Shown here one piece after another: positions 48,206 through 57,582 of a DNA stretch of 64,000 bases. Source of the DNA: an uncultured bacterium (lineage in GTDB: Bacteria > Patescibacteriota > Minisyncoccia > UBA6257 > 2-01-FULL-56-20); assembly GCA_963719425.1 (NCBI GenBank), contig OY970382.1, forward strand, positions 71,888 to 135,887, written 5' to 3'. Position numbers and translations under genes: made by a program. The notes under the pieces were generated by a model. That model was not told where the DNA came from and searched no databases. It was given only the letters and a program-made list of their open reading frames with translations. Each line of letters opens with the position of its first letter. Within the stretch, counting starts at the first letter, position 1.

Positions 48206-49267
48206 TTATATGGAAAGAGTCCCATCCGCCTTGAGCGGGTAGCGCTTTTTGCGGAGATAGGCCATGTAGCCTGCGGCGCCGATCATGGCGGCGTTGTCCA
48301 GGTTGTATCTGAAGTCGGGGACGAAGAAGTTGCAGCCGATGAGGCCCGCGGTGCGTGCGAGGGCACGCCTTAGGTGCTTGTTCGCCGCGACGCCGCCGCA
48401 GAGCAATATTGATTCCGCCGCGCATTCTTGCGCGGCGCGGCGCGTTTTCGCAACGAGGACGTCCACGGCGGCTTGTTCAAATCCGGCGGCGACGTCGGCT
48501 TTGTTCACGCGCCGTTTTGCCTCCTTCGCGTCGCGCAGATAATAGAGCACAGCGGTTTTGAGGCCGGAAAAGCTGAAATCGTAGTTGCGTTGGTCCAGCA
48601 TCGGGCGCGGGAAGGTGATGGCGAACGAGTTGCCGCGCGCGGAGAGCTTTTCTATCTCCGGCCCGCCGGGGTAGGGGAGGTCAAGCAAGCGCGCCACCTT
48701 ATCAAACGCCTCGCCCGCGGCGTCGTCGCGCGTCTCGCCGAGCCGCCGCCACTTCGCGAACGATTCCATGCGGAGGAGGATTGTGTGCCCGCCGGAGACG
48801 ATGAGCGCCGCGGCGGGGAAAATCTTTCGCGCCTGCGGGAGCAGCGCCGACGTATAGGCCTTGGAAGACCGCGAAGGCAAAAGAAAACTGTAGAGATGCC
48901 CTTCTAAGTGATTTGCGCCCGTGAGCGGCACGTTATATTGTTTCGCGAGTTCCTTCGCGAAGCCGATGCCGGTCCAGAGCGCAGGCTCCAAGCCGGGACC
49001 GACTGTGACCGTAACGAGGTCGGGATCCAATTTCTTTTTTTGCGCCCGCAGTTTTTTCACGAGCTGTGCGAGAAGGATCGGCAGATTTTTCAAATGCTCG
49101 CGTTTTGCGAGGTTCGGCACCACGCCGCCAAACGGCCGGTGGATCGGGATCTGCGACGCGACCAGGCTCTCGCACACCTCAAAGCGCGGCGCACGGAGGC
49201 CGCCTGTCGCCCGCAGCAATGCAATACCCGTTTCATCGCACGAGGTTTCAATGGCAAGGATTTTCAT
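48206..49267 (-). CDS. tsaD: tRNA N6-adenosine threonylcarbamoyltransferase
   Basis: IETSCDET, GPGL, NHLEGH, SGGHT, DDAAGEAFDK, FSFSGLKT, DNAAMI. Confidence 0.96.
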   Translation of the reverse strand: MKILAIETSCDETGIALLRATGGLRAPRFEVCESLVASQIPIHRPFGGVVPNLAKREHLKNLPILLAQLVKKLRAQKKKLDPDLVTVTVGPGLEPALWTGIGFAKELAKQYNVPLTGANHLEGHLYSFLLPSRSSKAYTSALLPQARKIFPAAALIVSGGHTILLRMESFAKWRRLGETRDDAAGEAFDKVARLLDLPYPGGPEIEKLSARGNSFAITFPRPMLDQRNYDFSFSGLKTAVLYYLRDAKEAKRRVNKADVAAGFEQAAVDVLVAKTRRAAQECAAESILLCGGVAANKHLRRALARTAGLIGCNFFVPDFRYNLDNAAMIGAAGYMAYLRKKRYPLKADGTLSI

Positions 49268-49440
49268 GGCGTATTTTGATGTCGGTTATATCATGTGGCA
49301 AAAAGGGGTCCGACCGCAACACGGTCGCAACACGGTCGCAGCACGGCCGCGCCCTGCGCCACCTTGCACCAAGAGGGACTTGACAGCCGTACTATACTAT
49401 AAGGGAAGATCTTCAAAGGTCGTTATTTTCTTTTAATTTC

Positions 49441-49794
49441 ATGGAAAACATGGACAATAAAGCCAACCAAACCGGTCACCCGGAGGGGTGCAGGTGTATG
49501 GTGTGCACGTGCAGGGGGTGCGGTTGCAGGCATTGGGGAGGCAGGTTTTCTTTGCTCCGGGTCCTCATTGGGATCATCATTCTCATCTTTGTGTTCTGCG
49601 CAGGCTTCGCGCTAGGCGATCTCAAGGGGTCGCTTCAAGGATATGGCCGGCACTCCGGCTATCGTATGATGGGAACGCCGTACTACATGAACTACCCGGG
49701 CCAGGGCATGATGAGGGGGTATTACGGTAACAGTGCGGGCGGTGTTGGCAACGTAGCGCCGCAGGCGACGGGCACGGCGCCAGCCGCGAAGTAG
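49441..49794 (+). CDS. Hypothetical membrane protein with Cys-rich N-terminus
   Basis: C.C..C.C..C.C, then one TM helix and a G/Y/M-rich tail; promoter TTGACA and TATACT-like boxes upstream. Confidence 0.7.
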   Translation: MENMDNKANQTGHPEGCRCMVCTCRGCGCRHWGGRFSLLRVLIGIIILIFVFCAGFALGDLKGSLQGYGRHSGYRMMGTPYYMNYPGQGMMRGYYGNSAGGVGNVAPQATGTAPAAK

Positions 49795-49920
49795 GGGATT
49801 CGCAACCGTTGGGCGTTCGAACCGACGTTTGTAAGCAAACAAGTAAACAAGAGGATAAAGAAGAGCGCCTACAAAGGCGTTCTTCTCGTCCATATGAGAA
49901 ATATAAGGTATAGTATTGCC

Positions 49921-50469
49921 ATGAACAGCATAAAGATTGTAGGTATCATAGGAAGCTTGCGGAAGGGATCGCTGAACCGCATGCTTGTAAATGCCATCAA
50001 AGAACTTGCGCCCCAAGGGATGACGGTTGAAATCGCGGAGATCGGGAATCTGCCGCTCTTCAATCAGGACCTTGAGGCGAATTTTCCGAAGGAGGCGCAG
50101 GAGCTGAAGGATAAGATCAGCGCGGCGGACAGCGTGATCATCGCGACGCCGGAATACGACCGTTCCGTTCCGGGTGTCTTGAAGAACGCGCTTGATTGGA
50201 CCTCGCGGCCGTATGGGCAAAGCGCTTGGCCGGGAAAAGTGGTTGCCGTGGTCGGCGCTTCCGGCGGCGCCATCGGCACCGCGGTCGCGCAGTCGCATTT
50301 GAAGCAGATCCTACTCTACCTTGACGCGCGCGTGCTCGGTCAGCCGGAGTTCTACCTCGGCGGTGCCGTGGGGAAGTTTGATAAAGACGGAAAGCTCACC
50401 GACGAAACGACAAAGGAGCGCATTGCGAAGCTCCTCGACGTGCTTGGGGAAAAGATTCGTCAAAAGTAG
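49921..50469 (+). CDS. NAD(P)H-dependent FMN reductase (ChrR-like)
   Basis: GSLRKGS.N; ATPEYD.S.PG.LKNA.DW.SR. Confidence 0.93.
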   Translation: MNSIKIVGIIGSLRKGSLNRMLVNAIKELAPQGMTVEIAEIGNLPLFNQDLEANFPKEAQELKDKISAADSVIIATPEYDRSVPGVLKNALDWTSRPYGQSAWPGKVVAVVGASGGAIGTAVAQSHLKQILLYLDARVLGQPEFYLGGAVGKFDKDGKLTDETTKERIAKLLDVLGEKIRQK

Positions 50470-50537
50470 CACGCGGCCGTTTTTCCCTTGCGGCGCCTTC
50501 CTTGCGGAGGCGGTCGGGTTCTGTTAGTATGACCCCT

Positions 50538-51260
50538 ATGGATTTGTTGGTGCAAAAGAGGGAAAAATTCGGGAAACAGGTGAAGGCGCTCCGGAGGGAG
50601 GGCCTCATTCCTGCCGAACTTTACGGGCATGGCCTTCTGAATGTCCACCTTGCAGTGCCGGCGCGGGATTTTGGAAAAGCGTTCAAGGAGGCGGGCACGA
50701 ATACGGTGGTCACGCTCATTATTGATAAGGAGAAAAAACCGGCGCTTATTTATGATGTCGCACACGATGCGCTCTCGGGCGAGGTGGCGCACGTTGATTT
50801 TTATCAGGTGAGGATGGATGAGAAAATTAAGGCGAAGGTGCCGCTCATGTTTGTGGGCGAGTCGGCGGCGGTGAAGGAGAAAGGAGCGATTCTCAATAAA
50901 TCAATGTCCGAAGTTGAGGTGGAGGCGCTGCCACAGGATCTGCCGCACAGCTTCGCCGTCAGCCTTTCGCTCCTTGACGATATCGGGAAGAGCGCGTACG
51001 TGCGCGACCTTGCGGTGCCGGAAACGGTGAAGCTTCTTATTGACGGGAATACGGCGATCGTGACGGCGACGCCGCCCGCGCCGAAGGAGGAGGAAAAGCC
51101 AGTGGAGGAGGTGGTGCCGGACGTGTCTGAGGTGAAAGTGGAGACAGAGGAGAAAAAGGCGGAACGGGTTACGGAGAAGGTGGAGAAACCGGAGAAAGCC
51201 GAGAAGGCGGAAAAGGAAGGAAAAACCGAAGTGAAAGCGGGGAAGCCCGATACCAAATAA
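50538..51260 (+). CDS. rplY: 50S ribosomal protein L25/Ctc
   Basis: LRREG.IPA.LYG; HVDFY; VEALP.DLP. Confidence 0.94.
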   Translation: MDLLVQKREKFGKQVKALRREGLIPAELYGHGLLNVHLAVPARDFGKAFKEAGTNTVVTLIIDKEKKPALIYDVAHDALSGEVAHVDFYQVRMDEKIKAKVPLMFVGESAAVKEKGAILNKSMSEVEVEALPQDLPHSFAVSLSLLDDIGKSAYVRDLAVPETVKLLIDGNTAIVTATPPAPKEEEKPVEEVVPDVSEVKVETEEKKAERVTEKVEKPEKAEKAEKEGKTEVKAGKPDTK

Positions 51261-51272
51261 GCATTGAAAAAG

Positions 51273-53702
51273 TCATTCCTTGGTTAATAACCTCACCACT
51301 CCCTCATCCGCATCTACTTCAACAAGGTCGCCGTCTTTCAAGACTTGAGTAGCGATCTTCGTACCGATGATACATGGAATCCCCATTTCGCGGGAGATGA
51401 TTGCGGCATGTGAGGTAACTCCGCCTTCATCAGTTATGATCGCAGCAGCAAGTTTCATAGCGGGCACCATTTCCGGCCTCGTCATCGAAGAAACCAGAAC
51501 GTCACCTTCTTCCATGTTTGCCATGTCATGGATTTTCAATATCTTTTTTACGTGACCGCGAACTTTACCGGTTGAAGCTATCATTCCCTTGATCTCCTTC
51601 GCTTCGCCCAATTGGCGCTGGAAAAAGTCGAGCGCCTCTTGGGCCAACGTGCCACTTACAACCTTAAAACCGTCAGCGGTATGAATACAGACGCATCCTT
51701 TGTGCCGCTCATCAAAAACTTTCTTATCAAGATTTCCAGCAAGTGCGTCGCGGAACTCGGGGTAGATTGAATACTGAAGCTTCTCAAATGGGATGCCGCC
51801 GCGCCGTTCGGCTTCTTTCAGAAACTGGAACTGATAATAGTTAGAAATAAGAACATATTTTTTGCGCGTATCTTGAAGTTCAAAGAATTCGTCCATCACA
51901 TACAGCAACGTTCGGCGCCATGGTGATAGCTTGTATTTCTTTATCAGATTCGCTTTTTCGGTGAGGAGTTTTTTGCGGTGGTCTTTGGTTGGTTCCACCT
52001 CTTTTTTCGCATCCTCGCGGAGCACAGACGCAAAATCGTCGGCGGTGAGGCGAATAGCTTTAGCGTAATTGTTGTGAATGTAGAAAAACCTGTTTGCATG
52101 CTGTTCAAGCACCCTGCGATCAAGCTTGCCGGTTTTCCGGAAAGTCTGGACAAGTTTCTCCCGCGCAATACCCTCTTCTTCAATAAAAGAAAGGTGGCGT
52201 GGAGAGAGCAGTTTCGGAAAATCGACCGTAAAATTCTTGCCAAGAACTTTCTGAAATTCCGGCGTAAGATAACGATCCGCATGCATCGAAATGGCATCGC
52301 CAAGCACCATGAAGTATTTAAACTCGTCGACGTACTTCCGGTAGAAATCATCGTAGAGTTCCGCAATCTTCTCGTTCGAGAGTTTTTTGAGGTCGGTTTC
52401 GTTGATGCGCTTCAGGACGGCATCAAACGCTTTGACCTTCGCGTCACACTCTTTTCGTAGCTTTTCTAAGTAGTGCTTGTCTTTTTTGAGACGTCCTAAG
52501 AACTCCTCGCGGATGCGCGTGAGATCATTGTCGTTCCAATACCAGTGAACATAATCGCTCTGGACGAAAAACAGTGTAATTGAGACGGCATCGCCAAAGA
52601 AATCGCGCATCGCTATGCCGGTTTCCCCCACCGGAAAGAACGGATGGAGAACTCCATGGAAACCCTTATACGTCCACGTGGAGTCATTGAGATGATATTT
52701 CTCCCTGAGAGAGATCGTTCGCCGTCCCTCGCCTTCGATGCTTGTTTTCAATGTCGTAATCGGCCTACTTTGAGCGACGTAGAATTTCCCCTTTTCTTGT
52801 GCCCATTCGATGTCGCACGGAAAGCCGTAGTGATTTTCTATGCGAAGGATAAGTTCGCTGAGTTCAAGAATCTCTTTATCTGAAAGAACCTGCCGTCCGC
52901 CGACGGCGTTTGAGAGATTGCGCCATCCGGTACCGCCCGTCTTGCCGCGATAGAGCGCCCGAGTTTGTTCTGAAACATTTTTTTCTATGATGCGGCGAGG
53001 CGCTTTCTCAACCACGTAGCTATTGGGCGTTACGGAACCGGAGACAATTGCCTCGCCAAGCCCGAACCCTGCCTCAATGATAATTTGGTTCCTGTCCTGG
53101 GTCACTGGATGCACCGAGAAGGCAATACCCGACGTTTCGCTTTCTACCATTTTTTGCACTACGACGGCCACGGAAATCTTCTGGCCATGTAGTCCTTTTT
53201 CAAAGCGGTAGAAAATCGCGCGAGGTGTGAAGAGCGACGCCCAACACTTCTGTACGTTGAGAAGGAGTGTCTTCTCTGTTGTATTCAGATAGCTCTCAAG
53301 TTGCCCTGCCCAGGCAGCGCTTGAGGAATCTTCTGCCGTTGCGCTTGAACGCACCGCCACATACTTTGCGCCAAGTTTTTTGAACGATATCTCAATCTCT
53401 TTCGCTATATTTTTCGGCATTATGGCGTTCTCTACGAGCGCTCGGATCTTTTCGGAGGCGTGTTCAACAATATGGATTTCTTTATGATTCACCGCATCGA
53501 GCGCGGCATCAATTTCAGCATCGAGATCGGTTTCCTCGAGGAAGCGCTCAAAAGCGGCGGCAAGAACGACAAAACCGGGCGGAACCGGGATGCCTGCCCG
53601 TGTCATCTCGCCCAAAGAAGCACCTTTGCCACCAGCGGTCGCGGCATCGTTTTTGCTGATTCCACTAAAAAACTCGATTAAGCCTGCTTTGTTTCTCGGC
53701 AT
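51273..53702 (-). CDS. PEP-utilising enzyme family protein: PPDK_N ATP-grasp, helical middle, C-terminal His swivel domain
   Basis: GGKGASLGEM, VAVRSSATAED, DIEWA, QSRPITT; C-terminal TDEGGVTSHAAIISRE. Confidence 0.88.
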   Translation of the reverse strand: MPRNKAGLIEFFSGISKNDAATAGGKGASLGEMTRAGIPVPPGFVVLAAAFERFLEETDLDAEIDAALDAVNHKEIHIVEHASEKIRALVENAIMPKNIAKEIEISFKKLGAKYVAVRSSATAEDSSSAAWAGQLESYLNTTEKTLLLNVQKCWASLFTPRAIFYRFEKGLHGQKISVAVVVQKMVESETSGIAFSVHPVTQDRNQIIIEAGFGLGEAIVSGSVTPNSYVVEKAPRRIIEKNVSEQTRALYRGKTGGTGWRNLSNAVGGRQVLSDKEILELSELILRIENHYGFPCDIEWAQEKGKFYVAQSRPITTLKTSIEGEGRRTISLREKYHLNDSTWTYKGFHGVLHPFFPVGETGIAMRDFFGDAVSITLFFVQSDYVHWYWNDNDLTRIREEFLGRLKKDKHYLEKLRKECDAKVKAFDAVLKRINETDLKKLSNEKIAELYDDFYRKYVDEFKYFMVLGDAISMHADRYLTPEFQKVLGKNFTVDFPKLLSPRHLSFIEEEGIAREKLVQTFRKTGKLDRRVLEQHANRFFYIHNNYAKAIRLTADDFASVLREDAKKEVEPTKDHRKKLLTEKANLIKKYKLSPWRRTLLYVMDEFFELQDTRKKYVLISNYYQFQFLKEAERRGGIPFEKLQYSIYPEFRDALAGNLDKKVFDERHKGCVCIHTADGFKVVSGTLAQEALDFFQRQLGEAKEIKGMIASTGKVRGHVKKILKIHDMANMEEGDVLVSSMTRPEMVPAMKLAAAIITDEGGVTSHAAIISREMGIPCIIGTKIATQVLKDGDLVEVDADEGVVRLLTKE

Positions 53703-53820
53703 ATAAAAATTAGTAGGGTACTTAGGTTCAAAATAACTCTTTATTGGCTGAAAATAAAGGCACATATGTCGAAGAGATTAAGCTTTCACTTTTGGCCCGC
53801 GGCAAAGTATAATGTGAGTG

Positions 53821-55290
53821 ATGCAAAGACCTTTGCGGCCAAGAGTTTTGGGTGATGTTACGCCGCGGCAGGGAACGCGTGGGAGCCAATGGAACGCATT
53901 CGGCGGGGTATCCGCACGAATCAATTTGTCTTACAAAAAGACGCTGCAGCTTCCCGTCGTGAAGGTGTTCAAAACAGCGGTCGTTTTCTGCGGGGCGATT
54001 TTTCTGGTCGTGGGATCGGTCGTGGCGCCTGCCATTTTCACCCGCGCCTCGGGCGATGCGGCGACGACTACTGACACGACGGCGGAGCGTGCCCAACTGC
54101 AAGATCAGCTCCAGCAGCTTGAGACGCAAATCAATCAGTACGAGGGTCAGATTGAGAGCTATGAGAAGCAGGGGAATACGCTGAACGGCGAGATTTCCAC
54201 ATTGAATGCCAAAATCGCGAAATTAAATTTACAGATCCAGGCGACCAACCTGACTGTTTCCCAGTTGAACGGCCAGATTGCGGACACCCAAACGCAGATT
54301 GCGACCACGCAGGCGGACATCGTGGGCAAGAAAGCGGCAATCGGAGGGCTCATGCAGAGCTTGTACGAGAACGACCAGGTAAATCTGCTCCAAATGTTTT
54401 TAAAGAACCCGCACCTTTCGGATTTTTGGAACGATACCGAGAATATCACGCTTGCGCAGGATAGTCTGCGCGTGACCGTGCAGCAGATTACGGATCTTCA
54501 AAGCCAGCTGCAGGACCAAGAGCAGCAATTCCAAGCGTCCAAGGCGGACGCGGCGAGCGCGGCAGCGTACCAGCAGGCGCAGGCGAGTGAAGTGGCGGGA
54601 ACGAAGAGTCAGAAATCGGAGCTTCTCGCGGAAACCAAAGGACAGGAATCAAAATATCAGGCGCTCCTCGTGCAAACGAAGGCCACGGCGGCGGATATCA
54701 GGAGTCGCATCTTCCAATTGTTGGGCGGGGGACAGCTTACCTTTGAGCAGGCGTATCAATACGCAAAACTTGCCTCAAGCGCGACGGGAATAGACCCCGC
54801 TTTTATCCTCGCGATTTTGGACCGCGAGTCGGCGTTGGGCGAGAACGTGGGGAAGTGCAACTACAAGACGGCGATGCGGCCCTCAGACATCCCCATTTTT
54901 CTTCAAATCACCCAGTCGCTCAATCTTGACCCGAATACGATGACGGTATCCTGCCCGAATGCGGACGGTGCGTACGGCGGCGCCATGGGACCGGCGCAAT
55001 TCGTCCCTTCCACATGGATGTTGTATACGAACGAAGTGCAAACTATCACGAGCGACAATCCTCCGTCGCCATGGAACAATGCGGATGCGTTCGTGGCGAC
55101 CGCGCTCTACTTGCAGGATGCGATGACCGGCTGCAAATCCGTCTACAGCTCCACCGTGAGCCAGGAGCGATGCACGGCGGCGAAGTATTACGCGGGGAGC
55201 CGCTGGAAGAACTATTTGTGGACCTACGGCGAGGCCGTCGTGGAACGGGCACAGAGCTTCACGGGCGACATTCAGACGATCACGTCATGA
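53821..55290 (+). CDS. Coiled-coil lytic murein transglycosylase
   Basis: TM/signal, long Q-rich coiled coil, AIL..ES.LG, GGAMGPAQF.PSTW. Confidence 0.85.
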   Translation: MQRPLRPRVLGDVTPRQGTRGSQWNAFGGVSARINLSYKKTLQLPVVKVFKTAVVFCGAIFLVVGSVVAPAIFTRASGDAATTTDTTAERAQLQDQLQQLETQINQYEGQIESYEKQGNTLNGEISTLNAKIAKLNLQIQATNLTVSQLNGQIADTQTQIATTQADIVGKKAAIGGLMQSLYENDQVNLLQMFLKNPHLSDFWNDTENITLAQDSLRVTVQQITDLQSQLQDQEQQFQASKADAASAAAYQQAQASEVAGTKSQKSELLAETKGQESKYQALLVQTKATAADIRSRIFQLLGGGQLTFEQAYQYAKLASSATGIDPAFILAILDRESALGENVGKCNYKTAMRPSDIPIFLQITQSLNLDPNTMTVSCPNADGAYGGAMGPAQFVPSTWMLYTNEVQTITSDNPPSPWNNADAFVATALYLQDAMTGCKSVYSSTVSQERCTAAKYYAGSRWKNYLWTYGEAVVERAQSFTGDIQTITS

Positions 55291-56564
55291 GGCCTGTAAA
55301 AAAGATCGTTCTCAAAAACGGTTTGCGCCTGATCCTTGTGCCGCAGCCCTCGGGGCTCGCGGCAAGCGTTTTGATACTGGTCACCACCGGGTCGGAATAC
55401 GAGACGAAAAACAGGAACGGAATCTCGCATTTTTTGGAGCATATGACCTTTAAGGGTACGGCACGCCGACCGCGGCCTGGGATGATCGCCGAGGAGATTG
55501 CGGCGTTGGGCGCCCAGTCCAATGCGTTCACCGCGCAGGAATTCACGGGCTATTGGGCGAAGGCGGAAGCGCGGAAGCTCCCCCAAATTTTTGATATCGT
55601 ATCCGATCTTTACTTGAACCCGCTCTTCGCACCAGAGGAGATAGAGAAAGAACGGGGAGTGATCATTGAGGAAATGAACATGTATGAGGATATGCCGATG
55701 CGGCGCGTGCAAGATGTGCTGCTCCGCCTCCTCTACGGAGACCAGCCGGCCGGCTGGAAGGTGGACGGTGAAAAGGAGATCGTAAAAAAGATTTCGCGGG
55801 AAGATTTTGTCGCGTACCGCAACGAACGATACGTGATGCCGGGGACGGTGGTAGTCGTTGCCGGGAAGTTCAATAAGAAAAGGGTAGTGGGCGAGGTGCG
55901 CCGCGCGTTCGGCGAAGCGAAGCGCTACCCCGTGCGTAAGAAAACGAAGACCCGCGAGCGCCAATCGGGGCCGCGGCTTGCGGTGAAATTCAAAGAGTCC
56001 GACCAGGGACACCTCGCCCTTGGCTTTCGGGCATTCAGTATCTTTGACCCACGGCGCTATGCGCTCCAGGTGCTCGCGGATGTTCTTGGAGGAGGGATGA
56101 GCTCGCGGCTTTGGAAGCGCGTGCGCGAGGAGCTCGGCGCGGCGTACTATGTGCAGGCGGAGGCCGATCTTTCCCTTGATCATGGCGTTCTGGGGATATC
56201 CGCCGGCGCGGATCGCGCGAGAATTGGGACCGTATTGGAAACCATTCTTGCGGAATGCCGGAAACTGAGCCGGGAATCGGTCCCCGAAAAGGAACTTCAG
56301 AAATCAAAGGACCATCTTATAGGAAGTCTCATCCTTGGCCTTGAGACCTCGGATGAGCTCGGCAGCTTTTATGGAGGGCAGGAGATCCTCACGAAGGCCC
56401 TTTTGCCGCCGGAACGAATTATAGATAGAATAAAGACGACGACGGCAGAGGAAGTGCGGGCGGTCGCCCGGACCATTTTCAAAAATAAAGGGCTCAATCT
56501 TGCCGTCATCGGGCCCTACCGCACCCGAGCCATGTTCAAAAAAATTCTCACGTTACCACGATGA
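55287..56564 (+). CDS. M16 (pitrilysin) family peptidase
   Basis: GISHFLEHMTFKGT (HxxEH), NAFT, LGGGMSSRL. Confidence 0.94.
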   Translation: MRPVKKIVLKNGLRLILVPQPSGLAASVLILVTTGSEYETKNRNGISHFLEHMTFKGTARRPRPGMIAEEIAALGAQSNAFTAQEFTGYWAKAEARKLPQIFDIVSDLYLNPLFAPEEIEKERGVIIEEMNMYEDMPMRRVQDVLLRLLYGDQPAGWKVDGEKEIVKKISREDFVAYRNERYVMPGTVVVVAGKFNKKRVVGEVRRAFGEAKRYPVRKKTKTRERQSGPRLAVKFKESDQGHLALGFRAFSIFDPRRYALQVLADVLGGGMSSRLWKRVREELGAAYYVQAEADLSLDHGVLGISAGADRARIGTVLETILAECRKLSRESVPEKELQKSKDHLIGSLILGLETSDELGSFYGGQEILTKALLPPERIIDRIKTTTAEEVRAVARTIFKNKGLNLAVIGPYRTRAMFKKILTLPR

Positions 56565-57580
56565 TGGAGAAACGGCTCTATGAAATTTCCTGGGCAAGCT
56601 TGTGGCGAATGCTTCTCTTCGTCGTTTTAGTCGCGATTTTGTACGAAGGGAGGCAGATCATCCTCGGGCTTTTCCTTGCCATTATCATTTCTTCTGGCCT
56701 TGAGTGGTTCGTGGATATTCTTGAGCGCGCAGGGCTCCCACGCAGCGTGGGCGTAATTCTCATATTCCTCGCCGCGGTCGTCCTGCTTGTCTTTATCATT
56801 TATTCCCTTGCCCCTGTTATCATCGTGGAGTTGAACACGATTTTCTCCGGCAGCGGGCAGGGAGTGACGAGCAGCTGGGGGGCGCTCTTGAGCTTGAAGG
56901 CATCGCAGTCCGTGAGTGGCTTCGTGAGTAAGTTTTCTTCATCACTTTTTGCGGGCAATACTTCGCCCTTGGATCTCTTTTCCAATGCCGTAGGAAGCGT
57001 GGGGCTCGTTGTAGCCGTCATTCTCTGCTCGTTTTATCTGAGTTTGAGCAAAGACGGGGTGGAGCGGTTCCTCCGGGTGGTCGTTCCGCCGGCGTATGAA
57101 GCGACGGCTCTCACCATCTACGAACGCTCGCGAAAGCTCATCAGCTCGTGGTTCCGCATGCAGATTCTCTTGAGTTTCATCTTCGGATTTACGGTGTGGG
57201 CCGGCCTTGCACTCCTCGGCGTGAAGTATAGTTTCCTTATCGCATTTCTCGCGGGCATTTTTGAACTCGTGCCGTTCGTGGGGCCGTTTCTTTCCGGCGC
57301 GCTTGCCGTAATCTCGGCGCTCTCCACGTCTACAACGCTCGCAATCTACACGTTGATATTCTTCGTCATCGCCGAACAGTTTGAGGCAAACGTTCTTGTG
57401 CCGCTCCTGAACCAGCAGATCGTGGGTATCCATCCGGTCATCGTGATCGTCGCATTGCTCATCGGCGCCGAGGTGGGCGGCGTTTTGGGCATCATCATTT
57501 CGGTTCCTGCCGCAGGTATCTTCCAGGAGGTTATTCAGGAGTGGTCAACCAAACGACGCAGCACGACAACGGCAACGTAA
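56561..57580 (+). CDS. AI-2E family transporter
   Basis: E.VPFVGP, Q.E.N.L.P, HP..VI.ALL.G....G.LG....VP. Confidence 0.9.
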   Translation: MMEKRLYEISWASLWRMLLFVVLVAILYEGRQIILGLFLAIIISSGLEWFVDILERAGLPRSVGVILIFLAAVVLLVFIIYSLAPVIIVELNTIFSGSGQGVTSSWGALLSLKASQSVSGFVSKFSSSLFAGNTSPLDLFSNAVGSVGLVVAVILCSFYLSLSKDGVERFLRVVVPPAYEATALTIYERSRKLISSWFRMQILLSFIFGFTVWAGLALLGVKYSFLIAFLAGIFELVPFVGPFLSGALAVISALSTSTTLAIYTLIFFVIAEQFEANVLVPLLNQQIVGIHPVIVIVALLIGAEVGGVLGIIISVPAAGIFQEVIQEWSTKRRSTTTAT

Positions 57581-57582
57581 GC

